Position numbers and translations under genes: made by a program. DNA of 64,000 nucleotides from an uncultured virus (IMG/VR IMGVR_UViG_3300001589_005208) (taxonomy: Duplodnaviria; Heunggongvirae; Uroviricota; Caudoviricetes). Location: the IMG/VR virus record IMGVR_UViG_3300001589_005208. One strand, given 5' to 3'. The notes below the pieces were generated by a model. It was not told the DNA's origin, did not search any database, and worked only from the letters and a program-made list of their open reading frames with translations. Shown here piece by piece: positions 31,301 to 38,089 of this stretch (position 1 is its first letter; each line of letters opens with the position of its first letter).

Positions 31301-31891
31301 CCAAAACTGACTTGTCTGGTTAACAGCAAATGTATAACTGCCTCCACGCACCAAGTAGATAGTTGGATTTTTAGTATCACCATATGTAGGACTTAGTGTG
31401 TATTCTGATAAGCCTGTATGTGTAACTGTAAAGTCTGTGTTAATAGGAACGTCGTTTGCACTAACGGCAACAGTACCAGGACCACTTGGTAACCAGTAGT
31501 ACTCTCCAAAGTTGATTAACTTGTCGTAATCACTGAACCCACCCCAGTTATAATATTCTTGTTCAAATAATCTATCGTGTCTTGTTGCATCACCACCGTT
31601 AGCAGAAATGTTATTAATTAAATCATCATACGTTACAACAAATTCAATCTCGTTATTTTTTTTGTAAACTGTACTAGGCTCTAGTTGAAAGTTTTGTCTG
31701 TTAGCACCTACTGTACTAATATATGGATCATCAATACTATAACTAGGTCCTCGTCTTTTACCGACAAAGCCGTCAATGCGTTCTAGGTTCTTACTATTAA
31801 GTAACTGATCTAGTGTAGCATGTAAGAATTTTTCGTTCTTAACTGTTTGTAAAAACTTAGGTAAGAACGAACTGGATTTACGTTTAGCCAT
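19388..31891 (-). CDS. Giant baseplate wedge / virion structural protein (4167 aa)
   Basis: Uninterrupted ORF directly downstream of the gp6-like gene. Contains FG-GAP-like repeats (FG.SV...GAP...G.V.VY), KPYHTKIREY, a GG.GYT..PT.TFSG segment and F.TAP repeat units. Confidence 0.8.
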   Translation of the reverse strand: MAKRKSSSFLPKFLQTVKNEKFLHATLDQLLNSKNLERIDGFVGKRRGPSYSIDDPYISTVGANRQNFQLEPSTVYKKNNEIEFVVTYDDLINNISANGGDATRHDRLFEQEYYNWGGFSDYDKLINFGEYYWLPSGPGTVAVSANDVPINTDFTVTHTGLSEYTLSPTYGDTKNPTIYLVRGGSYTFAVNQTSQFWIQSEPGTTGKSLISFNRSTRDIFGVTNNGQSNGSVTFNVPKSRDQQFFTQTLVNVASVDLASDLTHKQINGKTVSQIQELGGVDGQLFLENKTIIFTHSTEDDANWDATTVLPKANRFSVFQIQVGGSSKITLLPIQAIGIDKKVQINEGTLHSTKEYYRNPSVDNLQVVPAITAPMSTLYYQDSTDATRYGVIKLIDPDYRTIDIDNEVVGKSAYTSPNGVQFTNGLHISFDTTVLPTTKQNKTFIVDGVGEGIFLIDKAEHVSYELANTDTKDYVTIRRGSVDRNAWSRSNHWYHKEVVNTIATYNKTIPTLDQTSRANRPIIEFNRNLNLFNHGTLGIAPVDLIDNYTTDALSIVQNTNNFRIDGVLLTEGMRVIFAADTNADVRSKVYTVNIVNFQSTGDTEIRLVESTTDIVAVNTGFSVKQGTTQKGKSYKWNGTAWSLCQLKTFINQAPLFDIFDSTGVSLNNATSYVGNNFTGSKLFSYATGTGASDTELGFALKYRNFSNIGDIIFSNDYSTDTFVYTTTTGSTTKNINTGFIQSTDSTGTQKYTDGWIKVINPSTQYQEVMYIASGDAKQFDIGAEPITSTASRPSVIVYKDNVEITTGWTATTFGGRNIVEFTTAPTAKTQIIIEVLSNTATQYGNYQVPVNLSNNAFNAKFDTITLGQMRNHVGSTLKTATDFDGTYPGSSNLRDIVNSSEHAGNILHHSAGMVFPSVFLQDNNLNFVKSVEYNASEYTKFKQKFIQASNTLDLDFSDIPAAVDVILASINNTKSSTFPFYHSDMVGHGTNKKIRKYTITDDRQTSYQFENLFVIGTNGNRSVLVYRNNVQLQHGTDYTFSSIRAAVEFKKDLLALTDVIKIVDYSNTAGNYIPPTPSKLGLYPKYQPVKYIDTSYFTDVEMIQGHDGSKTRAFGGYLDDILIELENRIYNNIKATYKPEVLDINDVMPGRWRDTSYSLIEKNNIIAKFFLKWAIQNRVNWTTNQEYTTNNEFSWNYNKLNDKLTDELLPGFWRGIYNFYFDTDRPDTHPWEMLGFSEKPSWWESRYGPAPYASGNLVLWEDLRDGKIYSDGISETHTLNTNYARPDLLDMIPVDTHGTLRSPWKTLAKGSTVFDNDSSWTLNDFGPAQSAWMKSSDWPFICQIAMGLMKPAKYFGLTYDTDIISRSTLTNNIVNVNTNKQLQRPDFSIPFIDSNIVNGYSTYIGNYMQFLGLSTTILEDTVDKLDINLACKLSSYTDKKFLKVLAEQVSPNAISENVIIPDEDYSLHVQKTGPIINAPYSGVIVQRSDTGYLLYGYDHTNPFFTVIPSVQSNNVQTHTVLEDRYYEYKDSQDFTQQVAYGTELSSPQQVFDFLISYGRYLTLIGYDFDNSTEEVANGTTTANWAMSGKEFAYWNKQNWGVGAVISISPSANFLQFNREDGMIDSLVSDLGSSKAVLNQNFDSLTIDNFKTKREDGRFELEPAPDAGGIYYADLKVVQYEHVLVLNNTTVFNDIVYQPELGNRQNRLRLVGWRTQGWDGSLTAQGFILNRGTVDLFVQNTDYSKGTIVKYNDNLYTAVQKHTSGSAFDYNQWAPTDSFKLGLLPNWDTLGGNFESFYDLDEANLQSDADRFGKSVIGYQSRSYLENLGLNDTSQIKFYQGMIREKGTKNSIDKLLRAKLDNTTSDINMFEEWAIRSGEYGGTEVNSRVEIQLREIDTQGNPSVIHTIPSIEEKEEGVNNLLVNNFYEAPPTITDKWIPTSDDYGIISDALPYAGYAKLTDADATLFNITSYQNLDSNISTMDTGYVLYVANDLTLDWNMYYLDVTKVVVTTAQASSNNTILWTTDEQHTLQPDDFIVIKGFGEGSGVHRILRTTGLKSFETDEKVEGLDQTGEAVVLKFTSIRFADELTLSSFNPTRGWKLNDKVFIDDYNGKWAVFEKTKEYANNYTFTPGIYNYTDGRFGHSIAVNGDESLAAFGMPTALTYGAVSMYTPNIEGKLSESEQLAPTNVSVREFGHSVDVFEETVVIGAPGTNAGQGAVFVYKLNKKLYEYELRLAWSDTSATRLGQSVKFSKDGKRLFVGSPGNVSVYILDIEQADGVTEINKVEDTIFTDGTNKVTSLVPMFPGRNVTLEGVVQIEGVDYTLVNGLMTFAVTPALSSIVRVNTGLNVIQRKVVTGNGGSDFGTSIDTNLAGDKFVVGAPKENGAGQQRGAIYIYVANTETFKTADSELLKADDSTTLADSGRPGWTLQKTLIASVTGDFSFYGTDVAMTHDGLKVFASSPGLDRFESESGLVSVHKYASNDWTLVHNITQDAQTDLQQFGKALAINNDGSALSIAAPTSIFDSSCTFDNSELVVDSKATAFVDRRKRGGNVYVYQSINDSYIQTQTLSNTTVSDNDEFGYDIAVVGTTIFVGTPYDDNVNTNAGRVFEYKLNGSVFNISEQESKLVDPKRINRVFSYNKVTNKIINYYDWIDPIKGKIPGLADENIDYKTLWDPAVYAAEGASTWSSKQVGKIWWDLATVKYNYAEQGDWAYRSTFWSTVFPGSAINVYSWVESSVLPSAYTGGGEVYNANLYVTNTTYTNQSSTTKYYFWVRGLRDITDNHTVSPYNVAQIIVDPTTYGIKYVAFTSPSDIASYNMNGDIIDNNTILAVDFDIKKNDQVLHTEWSIIKEGYAEQTLPTNIERKLVDSLVGADTIGNQVPDNNLNITQQHGVQFRPRQSMFVNRFTALKTFVDVVNPILLANPIAISRDISGLLAEDTEPTVNSGEWNQRVENQTQLGYVRLLERPTGWRVLVASDENVQNLWSIYSKLENNTWTLVKLQSYDVKTQWAYADWYATGYSATTYINHLIELKKDLVNLTGVVSGEIVKVDNGGAWELLYYNGVDYATVGIANGTLQLGTSLYDYTKNRYGFDSEVFDFQLFDQEPQVETRKIINCVLNNILVEDLKIQYNNLIMAIIYHVLDEQPYVDWLFKTSFVSVNHNIRALDALPYYRRDNQSYVNDFISEAKPYHTKIREYVLNYDNTEPWDGDVTDFDVASYYDSTLGYYRKPNTSSADDVARLKAGTNSQYNSNKAFIVKELVIENGGTAYTVPPVITISGGGGTGATATAVIDTGVVTSIIITNPGSGYTSTPTVTFSGSAGTTASAYARLSNEQIRTFESTLKFDRIKYTTEVKEWVAETAYSSGDKITYLGEAYTANADFTSGVTFTSDSLTVIADETFTNAMDRSIAYYQPTSTQPAKQLENLFYGIEYPRNKIVGPTFDQEPGYSRGGFDAVPFDNFEVGSEGIKMISGVADTNITASNIAITGAEMEAGAFVNFDFVDSGYSENQTVLTEGLTVAQVLQNRFGDSLLGTRPEDIDIIGGKFVDQYNAHSPEEFIPGRVFDSLDMEIYQTPSTLENGTALSPKIDVVKHRANGTDVRFSFMPLDNIIGDNIMIYTAQQGKVQPDEFTLDFTTFEVVFNTAPSNNDIIDVINIGTTGQNMILDVVYISNGTDLKITLPVKQSLAKQSLVLVNGVKTDHTISDESERGVLTFSTAPVSGAHIHVFVFNLDPGIEIAYSHVAQDTIIMNGSLRTFTMTNRPFYDGPTDAKLFVELNENRLRPAVYTYFTGDGGTTTFTLTNNADINHTTITASDISIFVNGAANTDWTLDAQVGTDPRTVTFTTAPTSGSKIAIGDNTNAEYTVVGNQLTLDSSLPVTTGTKLNTTTFSNHDTLEITAQTFKGLTASEVTITIGYDGDNYDASNFDSDSIAVINSPLFDLYRTITDINYIWVTLNGIKLSVGTDYEVSSAGDLIIKKSITSNDIIVVNQFSDKTIKKQIAWRMWKDVLGATRFTRMIEDATTTVAVALNRADTTITVTNGSKLADPDLASNIPGVVFIDNERITYWKKDGNVLSNLRRGTMGTAIAFRHYVGDLVIDSSLRQEVPNPYDSVWYDVNSTTDSLQYHTTQQAKFLTEYAGTIPVINIAYNQNGRYLQTKYVVENYVQINE

Positions 31892-34800
31892 TAGTAGCCC
31901 CCACCGCCACCACCACCGCTACCGGATGATGTTGTTATAATAGATGATGTTCCGCTTGTTGTTGCTGAACCTGTGTATACTTCGCCTGTTGCTTTAATGT
32001 TAGAAGCCGTAATAGCGTCTATTACTGCTACGTCATTAACTGTTGCGGCATTAACAAATATTTCATCATGTTCGCAACTGATTTGATATAAACTACCAAA
32101 CGCTTGTGTTCCACTTGTTGGAACAATAACAACACTATTTAAATAAGGTGTAAGAGTAGTATGTAAGTAAGCACTTAGCTCACTAAAGAAAAATGTTTCA
32201 CCAAAGTCCCAGTTTTCAACTGCAAAGTATTGATTAAGTGCTACAACTAGTTTTGATTTAATTTCACTGTCACTAATATTATAGCCTGGATTTTTAACTA
32301 CTTTGAAACTTGCACGTAGGTTAGAATCTGCTTTTAAACCAAACAGTGGCTTAAATTTTGCACTATGCATTACAAGTGCATCACTTAAACTCTTGTAGCC
32401 TTCTAGTGTATTGAACTGACTTCTTAAACTGTTTACTGTTGGCTCTGCTGGCAAAACAACAGTTGAACTTGTATCTTGTACATACTCAACATACGCATCA
32501 CTATAGTTTTGTGTTAGTAAGTATATGTCAATGATGTTACCTGGACTTGGATCAATACGTCTATCGTTTGGTGCATGGTGTGAGTAATGAAACTTAATTG
32601 CATCACGTCCTACACGCACTTGATAATCAAGACTTTCAATTGCTACTTTTGTTCCGGTTGCATTGCTTATTACATAAAATTTATTATCAGTCACTGCGTA
32701 CAATACTTGATTAGTTAACAAGTTAGTAAGTTGTGCATCTATGGCTGCCTTTGTTTCATATGTATGATTTACTGTACCGGCTGGCATTGCAACATACTTG
32801 TCAAAGTTATCGTAGTCTGCTTGTCTCTTTAAGAATACAAACTTTCTATCAGCGCCTGCTCCAGTTGGTACATCAATGCCAACTGCCATATCAAATATAT
32901 CTGGATTGTCAATTATACCATCGTCATCTTGATCTGCAAACGTTACTAATATTTTTGTATTGTCGTTATAACCATCTGACTCAGTTACAACATTATAAAC
33001 ATTCCACTCAAGGTTTCTTACAAGTGGTGCAGCCGTTACCGGGTCTGCGTTTACACCTAGCACACTAATTGTATCTTTCTTTGTGAGTCCAGTAACTGGA
33101 TCATAAACCTTACTAGTCTTATCATGATAGAAACGTGTTTCTTGCTCACTAGTAAAGAAGTATTCAAGACCTCTATATGTAACTGTGTAAGTACTTCCAT
33201 CAGTTGTAAATTTAATTAACCAACTACCATCTTTATTTGTAGTCGATGTATCTTCTGCAAAGTCTCTACTAAAAGTATTGCCTGTGCTAATATCTCTGTT
33301 TTCAACCACATACCAAACATTGTCTAAGTAGTCAAAACCTATTGCAAAGTTTTTATACTGTTTGATATTTGTAAAAAGTGTACTTTCAAATGCACCTGGT
33401 AAGTCTGACTTAAAGCCAGGTAGTACAGTTTGTGCTATTGCAGTTGATGGAATGTTTTCATTTAATCTAATTGCACCAGTTTGTGCAGTTACTTTACCAT
33501 CAGCAACACCTGTGCCATTATTGTTAATACTAACAATGCCACTATATACATTTTTCATACTTCCTGGATGATTTGGATCACCGGACATCAGTGTTCCGTT
33601 TTCCATAAAGTGATTACCTGTTGGTGCAGCAAACTTTAACATGCCGCCTACTTTAACAAAACTTCTGTTGTTACCTGATGCAGTTCCTATTTCTAGTACT
33701 TCCCCGGCATCGTTAGTAAAGTATCCAGTACTATAATTACTGCCAAAACTTACACGGTTCCAATTAACATTGCTTCCTGTTAATGCTTTACGTTCATAGT
33801 TTGCAAAGTAAAAATGTTCCATTTCGTTACTACGAAGTAAAGGCTCAACAGTATTTTTAAGTACGTTAAAAATATCATTGTCTGTAATCCATGTAAATGT
33901 TACATTGTTTAAAAATTCGTTTCTGTATAACGCACCGTCGTTAGCATATATGTTTGTACTAGAATATCTTCCAGTTACATCTTTAACATCTAAGTATCTA
34001 CTAATTCCACTACTTGTTCTGTTAATTGCTTTACTTTTAATAACGTTATTAAAATTAGTTAATGGAAAAATATTATAGTCTTCGCCATTGATCATTCTGT
34101 TTTGTGTGTAGTACTGTTGTGGTGCTTTTGATTTAATATCTGCAATACTATCTCTACCACTTGCATTGTCAACTGTGTACTGTAAACTTAATCCTACACT
34201 TAGTTCTTCAATTGAACCAGTCTTACTAACATAACTTATATTAAGTTTCATTCCATTAATATCATTTGGCTTAATACGATATGATCTTCCGTTGCTTGTA
34301 CGATAGAATGTACGGAAACTACCATTTGGAATATCTGAAAATACTCCATCGCCAAATACTAAATCAATTTGATCATCTGTTCTACTGTTAACTGCAAACA
34401 AAGAACGTACATTTTCACTTAAACTATTATAGATAACATTGTTACCAGTTATAGCAGGAACTTTAGTCCACTCTGTGCCAGCATCTGCGTTTGCATCAAG
34501 GTTGAATAACCATACGTCATCATTGTTAATTCCATTAACATCAATGCTAACAACACGATTTGACAATGCAGTATTCAACTGAAACTCTGAAGTTTCTAGT
34601 GTTCCTTGCTTAAAGTAAAAGAAGAAGCCAGTATTACTTGATCCTGCTCCTTTACCATCTTGTCTGTAAAATGTGTTAAACGTATCACCGGGTCTAGGTG
34701 CTGCTTCATAAACATAATCCTTACCCTGGAATGTACCATTAACAACTTCAAACGTCATACTCTGTCCGGCAACATCTGCAACAAACGGTACAACAGGAAT

Positions 34801-35385
34801 TGTATCTGGTATTAAATTAATTTGATATATTTCAGTACTGATTCCACTTAGTGTTCCTTTTAAGCCAGGATTACCAAAACTCTGTGAGTTTGTCATAGCG
34901 GCATTCATTATTACTGCATAATGTTCTAAGTAGTCTGGATTTGTACTATCGTTCCAAACAATAAATGCATCTGCTAAGTTACGTCCAGTACTATCAAACA
35001 CGCTTTCAGTAGTTTGTATACTTGTAATTTTTAACATGCCTCTTGCAGGCTGGTTACGTTTTGGATGATAACTTAATAACTTTGCTAAACGTAATACACT
35101 ATCACGACGTTGTGCAGTTTCTAAAAAGTTTTCTCTTGCATTAAGATCTTGTCTAAAAGCAAGACTTTGTCCAAAGTATGCAATAAGATCCATAAGTGCA
35201 ATAAATTCACTACTTTCAATGTAATCATTGAAGTCTTCTGGATAGTTGTTACGCAAGTATTGTACCATAGTAGTACGAAGTGTTTCAAAGTCATAACTTT
35301 GAAAATCTGCGTCTTTGAATGTTTGATAAATCTTTGTCCAGTCTTCTGAAACAAATAAACTATTTTGACGTTCACTAGTGCTCAT
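31891..35385 (-). CDS. gp6: Baseplate wedge subunit (gp6-like)
   Basis: SYDFETLR..M..YL...YPEDFNDYIESS, DLNARENFLETA.RRDSVLRLA..L.Y, FGDGVF..IP and QNRMINGEDY. Confidence 0.8.
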   Translation of the reverse strand: MSTSERQNSLFVSEDWTKIYQTFKDADFQSYDFETLRTTMVQYLRNNYPEDFNDYIESSEFIALMDLIAYFGQSLAFRQDLNARENFLETAQRRDSVLRLAKLLSYHPKRNQPARGMLKITSIQTTESVFDSTGRNLADAFIVWNDSTNPDYLEHYAVIMNAAMTNSQSFGNPGLKGTLSGISTEIYQINLIPDTIPVVPFVADVAGQSMTFEVVNGTFQGKDYVYEAAPRPGDTFNTFYRQDGKGAGSSNTGFFFYFKQGTLETSEFQLNTALSNRVVSIDVNGINNDDVWLFNLDANADAGTEWTKVPAITGNNVIYNSLSENVRSLFAVNSRTDDQIDLVFGDGVFSDIPNGSFRTFYRTSNGRSYRIKPNDINGMKLNISYVSKTGSIEELSVGLSLQYTVDNASGRDSIADIKSKAPQQYYTQNRMINGEDYNIFPLTNFNNVIKSKAINRTSSGISRYLDVKDVTGRYSSTNIYANDGALYRNEFLNNVTFTWITDNDIFNVLKNTVEPLLRSNEMEHFYFANYERKALTGSNVNWNRVSFGSNYSTGYFTNDAGEVLEIGTASGNNRSFVKVGGMLKFAAPTGNHFMENGTLMSGDPNHPGSMKNVYSGIVSINNNGTGVADGKVTAQTGAIRLNENIPSTAIAQTVLPGFKSDLPGAFESTLFTNIKQYKNFAIGFDYLDNVWYVVENRDISTGNTFSRDFAEDTSTTNKDGSWLIKFTTDGSTYTVTYRGLEYFFTSEQETRFYHDKTSKVYDPVTGLTKKDTISVLGVNADPVTAAPLVRNLEWNVYNVVTESDGYNDNTKILVTFADQDDDGIIDNPDIFDMAVGIDVPTGAGADRKFVFLKRQADYDNFDKYVAMPAGTVNHTYETKAAIDAQLTNLLTNQVLYAVTDNKFYVISNATGTKVAIESLDYQVRVGRDAIKFHYSHHAPNDRRIDPSPGNIIDIYLLTQNYSDAYVEYVQDTSSTVVLPAEPTVNSLRSQFNTLEGYKSLSDALVMHSAKFKPLFGLKADSNLRASFKVVKNPGYNISDSEIKSKLVVALNQYFAVENWDFGETFFFSELSAYLHTTLTPYLNSVVIVPTSGTQAFGSLYQISCEHDEIFVNAATVNDVAVIDAITASNIKATGEVYTGSATTSGTSSIITTSSGSGGGGGGGY

Positions 35386-35414
35386 TTAAATATACCCAGT
35401 CCCTTATATTGTAG

Positions 35415-35421
35415 TATTTAT
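35415..35421 (-). promoter_or_regulatory. T4-like late promoter (ATAAATA)
   Basis: Intergenic, about 30 nt upstream of the gp6-like start. Confidence 0.6.
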
Positions 35422-35445
35422 GCGTTTTATAAAGTGCGTATATTA

Positions 35446-35820
35446 TTAAGCAGTTGCTTTGCCACTTTGACTATCAAACGTAATTACCATATCTTCGCTA
35501 TAGTCACCATCAGCGTATGCTATTGCTAACTCTACTTGCAGCCCATGTTCATACTCTGCAACGTCTAATGACCTTAATATTATTCTCGGATCTGAATCAA
35601 TGATGCCTTGCAAGTTTTCAATAACTGCATATCTTACTTCATCAGTAAAAGGATCAAAAATATAATCCCATATTATACAACCAAACTCAGGATTCATTAA
35701 TCGTTCGCCTAATCTTGTATTAAAATGATTAATTAGATCAGCACGAATTAATACTTGGTCTGTTGCCGCAGTATCTACAAAATCTCTTCCAATGCTTGTG
35801 TAACCGTAATAGTTTGCCAT
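35446..35820 (-). CDS. gp25: Baseplate wedge subunit, gp25/GPW family
   Basis: DLINHFNTRLGERLMNPEFGCIIWDYIFDP...DPR. Confidence 0.85.
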   Translation of the reverse strand: MANYYGYTSIGRDFVDTAATDQVLIRADLINHFNTRLGERLMNPEFGCIIWDYIFDPFTDEVRYAVIENLQGIIDSDPRIILRSLDVAEYEHGLQVELAIAYADGDYSEDMVITFDSQSGKATA

Positions 35821-35825
35821 ATCAA

Positions 35826-35832
35826 TATTTAC
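35826..35832 (-). promoter_or_regulatory. Late promoter candidate (GTAAATA), 5 nt before the gp25-like ATG
   Basis: Minus strand GTAAATA-ttgat-ATG. Confidence 0.5.
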
Positions 35833-35842
35833 CTATGCTTTT

Positions 35843-36154
35843 TTACTCTTCTGCAAGTCTATCAGGACTAGCAGTTACTATTTCTGCAACGTAAGGTGCC
35901 TTGTTTGCTATTTTATCACCTAGTCTTGCAACTGGTTTATCATTAGCAAGTACGTTAGGACTGCCTGTAATAATCTCACCGTGATGTCCACAGTCAGTTA
36001 AAACTAAGTCACCTAATCTAGCAGTACCTTTATTGTTTGTTATATCGTCGGGACTAGCAGTAATAATTGTTCCGCCTATTTGTTGTGGAATATGACTTGG
36101 GTGACTGCATGTTCCGAATGTTCTATCACCTAGTCTTGCTACCGGTCTTCCCAT
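35843..36154 (-). CDS. PAAR-repeat spike tip protein (gp5.4-like)
   Basis: Three PVARLGD/TARLGD repeats with Cys/His metal ligands. Confidence 0.9.
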   Translation of the reverse strand: MGRPVARLGDRTFGTCSHPSHIPQQIGGTIITASPDDITNNKGTARLGDLVLTDCGHHGEIITGSPNVLANDKPVARLGDKIANKAPYVAEIVTASPDRLAEE

Positions 36155-37122
36155 TATGCTGCTCCTGTATCAGTCCATTTTTTTGATACACCATTCCATT
36201 CTTTTCTAGCAATAGATAACTTATTACTCGGGCGAGGTGCTTCTATTACTGACCTGCGAGCTGATACATTGGCAAAGTCATCGACTCCAAACGCACTATT
36301 TAAATCTGTTTCAGTTCCGTATACTCTTGTTGTTCTTGCCATCTTTGAAAATGACTCAACTGTTTCCGTTATACTATTAGCAACATCACTAAACGATCCT
36401 ATATCTGAAAGACTTGTAATTTTTACATCAACGTTTTCTACAATGTCTCTAAAACCTTGCAACTTGTTAACTCCTTCAAAGCTCAAGGCTCCTGTTGAAC
36501 TAACTGCTTTTGAAATAGACGGAAGTGATAATCCTTTAGTTGCCGCCATTGCTCCATCAATACCAGCAAACTTACCAATAGAACCACTAGGGTCTCCCAT
36601 GCTAAGTGCATCACCTAGATTTCCAGGTGTTTTAATTCCAGCAGCCTTTATCGCATCAGTTTCTAATCCCATACTTAACTTGTCTTTGTTACCTACTGAT
36701 ATTTCTCCAAGTTCTGCTTGTGCTTCGAGTATAGCCGCATCAAGTTTTGCAAGTGCTATCATTTCAGCAACACTTCCATCCTTTAATGATTCAAGCCCGC
36801 TAGCCATACTGTTTACACTGCTTAGTGCAACACCGGCTACTGCTTTCATATTCTTAGTTGCTTTGCCTACTGCCGCACTAAGACTGATTGGAATAAGAGG
36901 ACCGCCAAACACAGGAATGTCTGCACTTGGATCTGGTGATCCTGTTTTAGCCTCAACTACTTTTTCTTTACCATTTGGAAAACGTTTGTCAATGTCAGCA
37001 GTTCTGCCATACATCATTACTTGCGTTTTATTATACTCAACCTCTTTGCTTGGTAACTTATAATCAATATTGAAGTTAACAACTTTAAGATTAGGCTTTA
37101 TCATGTAATTTTTTAATGCCAT
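36154..37122 (-). CDS. Hypothetical protein between the gp5-like and PAAR genes (322 aa)
   Basis: TAATG-coupled ORF; shares VNFNID and RVYGTE motifs with 37122-38087. Confidence 0.65.
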   Translation of the reverse strand: MALKNYMIKPNLKVVNFNIDYKLPSKEVEYNKTQVMMYGRTADIDKRFPNGKEKVVEAKTGSPDPSADIPVFGGPLIPISLSAAVGKATKNMKAVAGVALSSVNSMASGLESLKDGSVAEMIALAKLDAAILEAQAELGEISVGNKDKLSMGLETDAIKAAGIKTPGNLGDALSMGDPSGSIGKFAGIDGAMAATKGLSLPSISKAVSSTGALSFEGVNKLQGFRDIVENVDVKITSLSDIGSFSDVANSITETVESFSKMARTTRVYGTETDLNSAFGVDDFANVSARRSVIEAPRPSNKLSIARKEWNGVSKKWTDTGAA

Positions 37123-38087
37123 TATAACGCTATCTGCTCCACTTCTTCTTCAGGTATCTCTTCAACTTTTGCACCATAACGTTTGTTTAACTGTGCTTCA
37201 GTTCCGTACACTCTAATTAATGTTGTTTTTTCTTCAAACGGACTTTCGCCTGCTTCTTCATTTGCACTTAGGTTTCTTACTTGCAGTGTTTCAGTAACAT
37301 CTCTAAAAGGCTTTTTACGATCGATGTTAAAGTTAACTAGTGCTCCGTTATCTTGTATACGTCTGGTGTGTCTCGGCACTTTACTTTTAACTTCTTTAGT
37401 TGCTTCGCCTACTGTCCCACTTGCTTCAAACTTACTGTTGAGCATTGCTTCTTGTATTCCTTTACAACTTAATCCGCCTGTAACACTAACCATGTCACCT
37501 AGTTTTTCAACGCACACATTAAGTTTTTCTTCTGCTTTTGTCATAGCGTCTGCAATAGCATCACCTGGTGATTTTAATTCTGTTATCGGATCGCCAAATG
37601 CATCATATGTAGGGTGTCCATCTGCATCCATTACTGGTACTGGAATTTGTATACCAGTTCCTGCTGATGCATTTACTTTAGTTGCTTTACCGTCAACTGC
37701 ATCCATATAATCAATAAATGCTTGTTCAAGTTTTGATTTCATTTCTGTCTTACCGGCATTAGTTAGTTTTGTTAGTAATGCATTTACTTGATCAATCTTG
37801 CTAGTTGCAGTTTCTTTAGAAGCAATTATACTACTCATTGCTTCAGTTAACTGTCCTGCGGCATCTTGTGTCTTTGTTAACATTTCTGCAGTTTTTACTT
37901 CTGTTTCAGCAGCCGTAATTGCAGTTTTAATGTCTGGTGTAATTGCGCCAATAGTTCCCATAATGTTACAGGAATCTCCGCCTAGTTTAAGTGTTTTGTT
38001 TGCACCCTCTGTTAGTTTTGTTAAGTTGGTTGCTACATCACCATCTAGGTCAAAGTTAAAGGCTCGTCCGGCAAAATTAAAAGCCAT
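37122..38087 (-). CDS. Hypothetical helical protein between the gp5-like and PAAR genes (321 aa)
   Basis: GGAG SD; coiled-coil-like middle; C-terminal VNFNID...RVYGTEAQLNKRYG. Confidence 0.65.
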   Translation of the reverse strand: MAFNFAGRAFNFDLDGDVATNLTKLTEGANKTLKLGGDSCNIMGTIGAITPDIKTAITAAETEVKTAEMLTKTQDAAGQLTEAMSSIIASKETATSKIDQVNALLTKLTNAGKTEMKSKLEQAFIDYMDAVDGKATKVNASAGTGIQIPVPVMDADGHPTYDAFGDPITELKSPGDAIADAMTKAEEKLNVCVEKLGDMVSVTGGLSCKGIQEAMLNSKFEASGTVGEATKEVKSKVPRHTRRIQDNGALVNFNIDRKKPFRDVTETLQVRNLSANEEAGESPFEEKTTLIRVYGTEAQLNKRYGAKVEEIPEEEVEQIAL

Positions 38088-38089
38088 TG

